DNA of 29,595 nucleotides from sequence record DRR378314_1653; one strand, 5' to 3'. Shown piece by piece: positions 9,378 to 18,700 of this stretch (position 1 is its first letter; each line of letters starts with the position of its first letter). The notes under the pieces were generated by a model. It saw only the letters and a program-made list of their open reading frames with translations, ran no database searches and was not told where the DNA came from. The position numbers and the translations under genes were made by a program.

Positions 9378-9763
9378 GTTCTAGGCCGTCAACAAATAGT
9401 CACCTTAAAATCATTGCGGGATTGGCATTCGTGTTCTAGCGTATACACTAAGAGATGGACAGTATTTAATGTCCAGGGAAATACGCCAAAAGGATTTGGA
9501 GCTTTTATATGCCCCTTCTAAGTTTCTTTCTGCCGCTTCGCAACAAATACACATTTTTTGTTCGTCCTCGGTTTGTAATACATACCGCTGGGCAGTGCCG
9601 TTTCCAGATACTGTCAGTCCTCACCCCCTGCGCAATGAGTCGGTCGATTCCTTCTGGCTAGACCCCGCCACTTCGAGTTCCGCAGGGAGAATCTCTGTGT
9701 CGGCTTGGAGTGAATCAGCCTTGTAGTTTTTCTTTCAAGCCATCGTAGTCAGAGATTCCTGCC

Positions 9764-12700
9764 ATGAAACTGTTGCTCCGCTTTTTTGTACCCGCGCTCT
9801 TGGTCATCGCCCCGGCCATTTGGTTCAGCGCTTTTGTCACCGCCGATGCAAGCAACGTCATCGAGGGAACAACTGGAGATGATTTCATAATTGTTGGCGG
9901 CTCGGATTCAAGAGTCATACCTGGGACCGGAGACGACTTTTTGGTGGGAGGCCCCGGCAATAATCAGTACGTAATATCTGCAGGAGACGGCCAGGACACA
10001 TTATATGCAGTGGAAGGCATAAACGATGTTGAGTTCGATAGCTCAATAGCCTATGGCGATGTGTCCAGTGGCCTAATGAAGTCCGGTAACGACCTGATCC
10101 TGAACATCGGCCAGAACGGACAGAGCCTTACGGTAAAGAGCTTCTTTTCTGTTGCCGGAACGATCAATGAGCTTCAATTCTCGACCGGAGAAACCATTCC
10201 CGGTTCCTTGTTGTTCCAGGTTTTCGGACTCAGTGCACCGACAGAGACAGAGACGTCGAAAGTACCTTATATGGGAGAAGAGGGTGTTCCGTTGTTAACG
10301 GGGTCTGTGGACGGCGACATTCTGGTGCCCATTGAAGACACCGAAACACTGCAAGGGCAAGCGGGTGACGATTTTCTGGTTGGTCGCGCAAATGGGGTTA
10401 CCTTTGAGATCGGTAGCGGCAACGGTGAAGATTTCATTATCGCTTATGAAGGCCAAAACATAGTCTTGTTTGTTGATGGAATCTCCTTTAACGACGTTGC
10501 GTCAAACCTGACGAAAGCCGGTGACGATTTAGTCCTCAGTACTGGTGAGGAAGGCAACGAAGTTCGAATCTATAAGTTCTTCGCACGCCAAAATACCGTG
10601 TCAGCAATCCGTTTCGAGAATGGCGGGGAGATAACAGCTGATCAGGTTATTAATCTTTTTGGCGTGCCTGAACCTGCACAGGCGCCACCCTTTCAAATGA
10701 TTGTTGACGGAACGCCATTGGGTGGCAGTGGGGGCGATCCGGGAGACGGCGACGGCGACGGTGAGGGAGACTTGCCTCTTTGCTCCGAACCAGGTGCTGA
10801 TCCCGATAACTGTGATGATGGTAGCGGTAATACTCCACCACCCGATGGTGAGTGCGATCCCGCAACTGAAAACTGTGATGGAACAGGCGGTGGTGGTACA
10901 GGCGATGGCGGAGATCCAGGTAGCGAGTGGCCAGAGCTCATTCAACTGACCGGCACGGACTATGCGGATGTGCTCGTTGCAAGCGCCGAAGCCACCTTGA
11001 TTACTGGCGGTGCGGGCGACGACTTCCTGATTGGTGGGCCTGCAAGTGACCGTTATTGGATTGATGTAGATGAAGGACGCGATGTAATTCACGATGTGGA
11101 AGGCCAAAACGTCGTTGAATTTCTTGATGGCATCTCGTACTCAGACGTTGCCAGCGGTCTGATGAAGGCGGGAGATGATCTCGTCCTGAACATTGGTTCA
11201 AGCGGCCAAGCCTTGACCATTAAGCGCTTTTTTACCGTCAAGAACACCGTTTCGACGCTTGAGTTTCAGAGTGGCAGCCAACTCACCAGTGCTCAGTTGT
11301 TCCAGGCATTTGGTGTCGCATCTCCAACAGCTACAGCCCTGTCCCTTAGCCTGGCAGCCGGAAAAGCAGATGGTGGCCCTTTGGTGGGCACCGCCGATGC
11401 GGATATTCTGATACCAAGGATGGGCACGCAGGTGCTTCAGGGACTGAGCGGGGATGATTACTTAATAGGCCGGATAGGGTACGGGTACAGCGGTACGGGC
11501 TTCACCGGGGAGCACGCCGTTGAAGGCGTCACTTTCGAGATAGGGCCGGACTCAGGCAAAAAATTCATTATCGCCTACGAAGGCGATAATACGCTGTACT
11601 ACTTGGAAGGAACGGCTTCCTCCGATGTAACGTTCTCGCGGGTTGCCGATGACCTGATCCTCGGTAATAGCCAGAACGACAGTGAAGTCCGTGTTTACCA
11701 GTTTTTCATCAGACAGAATACGATCGATTCCATTCAGTTCGCAGACGGCGGGGATATCGGCTACTACCAACTGTTCGAGATGTTTAATGCTGAGCCGCCT
11801 GTTCCGCACGATTCCCCAGAACCTGTTACGCCAGACGATCCGTTTAATATGGTCGTTGCGGGTGCTTCCTTCGATAGCTGTTCGCCAAATCCGAAGATGG
11901 ACGGTGCTGAGGGACATGGACTGACTGCGAGTCAAATGAATGAGACCAATCAGATTCCGGTTATCACTTCAAGCCCAGTAGTAGAGGCTTGGGCTCTTGA
12001 AAGCTATGAGTACCCTGTTCGCGTTGTAGATGCGAATAACGATGAGCTGTGTTTCAGCCTCACTGACGCGCCGGAAGGAATGGCAATCGATGTTTCCTCC
12101 GGCTTTCTTTGGTGGAACCCCAGTCGTTCTCATCTGGGCGTTCACCAGGTTGAAGTGACTGTCTCAGATGAGCGAGGTGCACTTGTCTCACAGACGTTCG
12201 ATATAGAAGTAAAGGATCCGAACCGGCCACCCGTGTTTCTGGGGGCGCCGCTCGAACGAGCATTTGAAGGATTGGCATATCGTTATGAGGTGTTGGTGTC
12301 CGACCCTGATGGCGGAGATCTAACACTGGAAATAGTAGACGGACCACAGGGAATGTCTGCCAACGATGGTGTCGTAGTGTGGACTCCAGGGGCCGATAAA
12401 GTAGGCACTCACGATGTGGTGATTAAAGCATCTGATATCTATGGCGCAGGCGTTACACAATCGTTTCAGTTAACCGTTTTGCCTTTTACCGATGTAGAAA
12501 GCCTGCCTGACGGACAGTCTCGCTTGCCAATGACTGGCTATCGTATTCCGGTTCACCCGCTGGACGATGCGACAATTCAAGTAGGGACTCCCAGGGTTTT
12601 CGAGAGAGACGATTCGCAAGACATTGTCGTTGATCGGGTTAATGGACTTACCTGGGAGGATACGGACCACGTCGACGTAGATATTGATCGCATAGGCACT

Positions 12701-15700
12701 GCTGCAGGGTATTGCAGGAATCTTGTGCACGGCGGTATTGACGACTGGCGTTTGCCGAACCGTCTCGAGTTAGTGTTTTTGCTGGAACACCATCGCTCCG
12801 GCTATGGCAACAATCTTATCAACCCGGCTTTCCAACATACGGGCTATCAATTTTTTGCCGACGACGGAAATAGTTATGGTCGTTTAACCCATTACAACAG
12901 CACAGTTAACTTCGATACGGGCGAGCTTTGGGCGGAAGGGACCATGGGGGCCAGTGTACGCTGTGTGAGTGGAGACCAGCGCTTTGAGACTGACTTCTTC
13001 AAACCTTCGGGGCATGACATCACTGTAGACCGTGCCAATGGGTTGATGTGGCAAGATGACGCCCAGGTTCTGGTGAATAGTGCAACCTGGACAGCAGCGT
13101 TAGAGAGTTGTGAGGCGCTTCAGTTAGGCGGGCATTCGGATTGGCGTTTGCCGAACTTCAATGAATCTCAGACAGTGATGCAGGAGTTCGACCATTTTGT
13201 CACGGAAGACAATCCTTCCGATGTTTTCCTGAATGTGCCCGATGTTCGTTATTGGAGTTCATCTACGCCAACGGTATGGGGGCGTTATCCCTATCTTCTG
13301 GAGGATCTGACGAGGTTCTGGCGCTTCGAGTACCAAAGCGAAATTGCGTCTGGTCTGGTGGTCAATCATGTGCACCAAGAAGACTACAATCAACAAAGCA
13401 GCTCCCCCTTTCGATGTGTGCGCAGTTATGCTGAACCCGTAGCCAGGGTTGAAAACATCCCTGATTCAGTCAATTTCGGCGAAGTGCTAACCCTGGATGC
13501 GACAGGCAGTTTCGACGCGGACGGCTCTATCGTTTCCTTCCAGTGGCATAACCGGGCGGACGGCATTGAGCTTGGCAACACTCCTGTGTTGGAACTGGAT
13601 AGTCTGGACCCGGGCCAGCTTGAACTTCGTTTGACAGTGACAGACAACAACGGCTTGTCACAGGATTATCCGGAGCCAATCATCATCACGGTTAACCCTC
13701 CACCGGAAATCATTATCAACGGCGAATCGACGGTGCGGCTCGGTCAGGACGTGATTCTTGACGCAAGCGAGAGCGTTGCCAATGGCGGCGTCACATCCTA
13801 CAAGTGGATCGACCAGACAACCGGTGATGTGATTGGAACCGAGGAAATTCTTGTTCTGAGTAGCTTGGGCACAGGAACCTGGATGTACACCCTGGAGGTG
13901 ACCGATGCCGACGGCCAGGTGATGACAACACCTGTGGAGGTCACCATCAACGAGGTGCCACCCGTCGCAGTGGCCGAGGATAGCCATACGGTTGTCGAGG
14001 GAGGCTCGGTTACGCTTGACGGCTCGGGAAGCTCCGATGCAGACGGCCAGATAGTGGCGTACCGGTGGTTCGACAATGACAGTGGCCAATTGCTGGGAGA
14101 AGATACAACGCTCCAGCTTAACGATCTTGCCGTCGGTGCCTGGGTATACCGACTTGAAGTTGAGGACGACTCTGGTCTGTTGGGACATACGCTCGTTTCG
14201 GTGAACGTTGGGCATCAGCCGGTTGCTGCAGCCCCTGAGACGGTATCCGGTTATACCGACACCCAGATTCACCTTGATGGTAGTGGCAGTTCTGTTGCAT
14301 CAGGGACATTGAGCTATCAGTGGTACATCGATGGTGAGCTGGTTTCGGAAACAGCGCACGCGCCTTTCGAGTCTCTTGAGCCAGGCACTTACACGGCCGA
14401 ATTGGTTGTCACTACCGATCTTGGGATTACGGATTCCACAACGGTGACTATCGAGGTCCTGGAAACACGCGAGCTTGCTCAGTGCCCTCTACAGCCGGTC
14501 ACTGATGATCGTAGTTATGACAAGTTGTATCCCGCGAGTGACCTGGACTGGTTGGGCAATGATGCCGCAACGGTTGAGGACATCCAGCGCGCGTTTAACT
14601 TTGCTCGTTCCCAGGATCCTTCGGTTTTCCAATACCTGATCATGCCCGATCAGGAAACTTGGGATGGTATGACGGTTCAGGAAAAAGGGCTTTACCTGAT
14701 CAATGCTGAGCGGACCGCTCGTGGCATCAAGCCCTATGAAGGAGTGGCTGATGAAATTGTATCGGTAGCCCAGGATTACGCAGATTATATCCAGAGCCGT
14801 AACGAGGTTATTGGCCACTACAATGATGGCTTGAGTCCCAATGACCGATTGGATGTGAACGCCTATATTGCCGGCCATCGCGATAGTCATGTGAGGAACG
14901 AGTCTGTGGCCTCTGGCGTTAGCAACGTTGAGCCGTACACGACAGATCAAGCCCTGGTGCGTGCGATCTTCGGGTGGATGTATCAGGACAAGGACTGGTT
15001 TGAAGACTTTGACTGGGCAACCGGCCCGGCCTGGGTACACCGGGACCATGTATTGCAGACTCGCCTTAACGAAAACAGCGGGCTGCAGACTGAAGAAGGT
15101 TTGATCGGGATCGGAATCGCCCGGGGCAACTATGGGCCGGGCCAACCATCCCCCGAAACATACGGCTACGTGACTGTTTTCCACACTGTGGATCAGAGCG
15201 ACCAGTGGGACCTGAGTGCCACGACCACCACAGACATCTCGGCAGCCCAGGGTTGCAATACCGCCCATGTGTTAGATGTCGACGAGTCTTCGATAGAGAC
15301 AAACGGTCTGAGTGAGATCAGGGTCGCACCCAGCACGTTAATAATGGTGCCAGGAGAATCCCGTTCGCTTCAGGTTACAGGTGTCTATGACAATGGTAAC
15401 CAAAGCGATTTCACGCCGTATTCCAGCTTTGTTGCGGACAGCCGCTCCATTATCTCGGTGAATGGCGGTTCGATTACGGCCGAACAATCCGGCCAGGCGC
15501 AGGTTTTTGCACGCATCAATGGTTTGGAATCCAATCGCCTCTTCGTGCGGGTGGGAGAAGCAACGGATACAAGCAATCTTGAGGGTACCGATGCTGAGGC
15601 CATCGCTGAATATGTACCGGAAAACGCATCTGTATCTGGGTATGACCCCATGGCCATGGCGGTATACACCGGCTTGGTTCGGGATCGGGAGGGCCAGCCG

Positions 15701-18700
15701 GTCGAGGGCGTACAGGCGTCGTTCCTGAATCGGCCAGAGCTGGGGACAACAACAACCGGCAACGACGGTCGATTTATTATTGCCGGGCCTGCCGGCGAGC
15801 AGACCGTAGTGTATGAAAAGCCCGGGTACCTGGTGGTTCAGCGCACAACGATTGGAGCGTCGAGTGGGTGGTCAAACCTTGAAGACGTAATGCTACTGCA
15901 GCGCGACAGCAAGCAAACATTGATCGATATTGGCTCTGCTGAACCCCAGGTTCACCAATCCACGCTCATCAGCGATGAGTTCGGTGAGCGCCGGGCCACG
16001 GTGGTCTTCAATGATATTGCCTCCGCGACAGTGCATTCCGCGGATGGAAGCACCCGGGAGTTGGAAGACTTCCTGCTGAGCGCCACCGAATTTGAAACCC
16101 CGGCCTCCATGCCAGGTGAGCTGCCCAGAGAAACAGCCTTTACCTATGCCGCGGATTTGCATGTGGCTGGCGTTTACTACAGCGACAGCGTTGTATTCGA
16201 CAACGACGTTGTGATGTTCGTCGACAACTTCCTTGGTTTCCAGGTGGGTGAGATCGTACCGATCGGTTCCTTCGACCGGCTTGGAAACGAGTGGGTAGCC
16301 TCATCGAACGGCGTTGTGGTTCAGGCACTGGATCAGAGCGGTGATGGAAGCATCGACGGCGTGGACTACACCGGAGATGGTGTTGCGGATGATCTCAATG
16401 GTAACGGGAATACGGAAGACGACGCACTGGGCCTGGACGGCTATGAGCCGGGTGACACGCTTTGGTGGGGTAGCTTTAACCACTTCTCTACCAAAGACTA
16501 CAACTGGGGCTCCAGCGAAGACGAGGCGCCAACTCTGATTAATATCGACCTTGTGGAGTTGCTGGAAAATAATGAAGAGTTGGAATGTACCGGCTCGTTT
16601 GTTAAGCCCTTCCAGCAATCCTTCCATGAGGACATTTCCATTGCGGGTACTGCTCTGACTCTGCACTACTCCAGCCAGAGAACTGAGGGCTACAAACACA
16701 AAGCCCACATCAAGGTCAGTGGCGATAGCATTCCCTCCACCCTTGAGCGCATGTTTGTGAAGCTCGAAGTAGCTGGCCATGTATTTGAGCGCGAGTTGGC
16801 ACCGGCGGAAAATACCGAGGTGGAATTTATCTGGGACGGCACGCGGGTTGATGGTGTGCGCCCGGAGGGCATGGTCAGTGGCCGTGTTTCCATCGGGTAC
16901 GAATACCCTGCGCTCTACCTGAGCTCCGGGAATGCGGCGGAAGAAGACCGTGACCTCTCTGAGTTCCCGGTAGCATGGGCCACCACGGGCGACAGTGTGA
17001 CTCAGGTACCGGGTCGCCAAAATTACACCAGTTGGCAAACCCGGGGCGTGTCTTTCAAGAACAGCTTCGATCGGCAGTTGGCCAATGGCTGGTCGCTCTC
17101 CAACGTCCACGAGTTTGATCCCGCCGGGCAAGTCTACCTTGGCAATGGTGGCGTGGTTGATGTTGAAACCCAGTCGCTGATCCTCAAGACCGGGCTCACC
17201 TACAGTCTGGTCGACGGCGACGACGGCTATTACCAGAGCGGTGGCAGCAGCATCGATTACACCGTCAATGACCAGGGCATTCTGGTAGACAAGGTAACGG
17301 GGCTGGAATGGGAATTTGTTGACCAGCCGTATGAAACCCGCACCAAAGCAGACGCTCAAGCGTACTGCGAAGTGGAAGTGGGGTCGGGCTGGCGCCTGCC
17401 CACGGCCAAGGAAGTTGGCTACAACATCGAAAAGTCCGGCGCTAACGTCGGGCCAGCTATCTACAGCCTGAACCGCGCTACCAACCTCTGGCACCAGAAC
17501 TCGGCCAATCCGGATGAAAGTCTGAAGCCCGTCATGTGCGTGCGTGGTGAAACCATTGACGAGCGCTATGTCCAGGGATTGCAACGCGATAGTAGCCAGC
17601 AAGTGGTCGTCGACCAGGAAAACGGGTTGATGTGGCAGGACGCACCGGAAAACACCAGCCAGAAACTGGATTGGGAGGCCAGCATCCAGCATTGTGAGGC
17701 CTCCAGCTTCGCAGGATTCGAGGACTGGCGCCTGCCGAACATCAATGAGCTGCTCTATGTTCTGCCGAATGACGTCTTTGCGCACCAGACCGACATGGTC
17801 ATCCCGGATGGAGAGTACTGGACCCCCGAGGCAAGTTTCCGCAAGCCTTACTGGAGCTCCACAACCAACTTCCAGGATGACGACCAGGCCTGGGCAATCG
17901 AAAGCGCGAGTTTCAACAGCGAGCGGTTGAGCAAAACCGATGAATACAGCGTTCGCTGCGTTCGGGATGCTTCTTCCGCATCCCGCATGCCCTATCGCTT
18001 CGATAGCGAAGGCCGGCACATTGCCACCATAGACCTGGATAGCGGTAAAACCCTGGTGGAGTTCGCCTACAACGAAAACGGCAAGCTCAACGAAATTTCC
18101 GACCGTTTCGGCAACATCATATCCATTGAGCGAAATGCCGAAGGCAAGCCACAGCGGATTGTGGCACCGGATGGCCAGATTACTGAACTGACTGTCAATG
18201 AGCAGAATAACCTCAGTGCCCTGACCTACGAAGATGGTAGCGACTACCAGTTCTTCTATCAGGCTGGCGGCCTGCTGACTGAGAAGGTTGATCCCAACGG
18301 TTACAGCTACCCTCATGAATTCAATGAAAATGGCCGCGTCTACCAGACCCGGGATCCGGAAGGCGGCCAGTGGGATTTCTTCGATAACAGGGTAGGTATC
18401 GGCCACAACGAATACGGCTACACCACAGCCGAGGGTAATCAATACCAGACGGTGCGCCGAGTGCTGGAAAACGGAGATGTCCGCAAGGAAATCACCTATA
18501 AGAATGGCTCCACACTGGTGGACATTCTGCGGGCGGACCAACTTCAGCAGACCACCTCATACGGCGGTGTCACCACGGTTGTGGACAAGGTGTTGGATTC
18601 CAAGACGTTGCAGGAAATCCCCAGCGTTATCACCATCACCCAGCCCAGTGGCCTCGCCAGCACCACAACCATGACGAAGACGTATGGCCAGAATGGTGCG

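Noticed and set aside
9469-9726. 85-aa ORF in the leader upstream of the RHS gene
   Set aside because: Weak RBS, Ser-rich composition and no recognisable family; more likely untranslated, though ribosome profiling would be needed to exclude it.
12524-17968. DUF1566 domains as possible diversity-generating retroelement targets
   Set aside because: No reverse transcriptase or near-identical template repeat in the window, and the domains are internal rather than C-terminal; a remote DGR cannot be excluded.
16301-18541. 746-aa antisense ORF (and 298-aa ORF at 18557-19453) inside the giant gene
   Set aside because: Codon-register shadow of the plus-strand CDS, expected from biased codon usage; no recognisable motifs.
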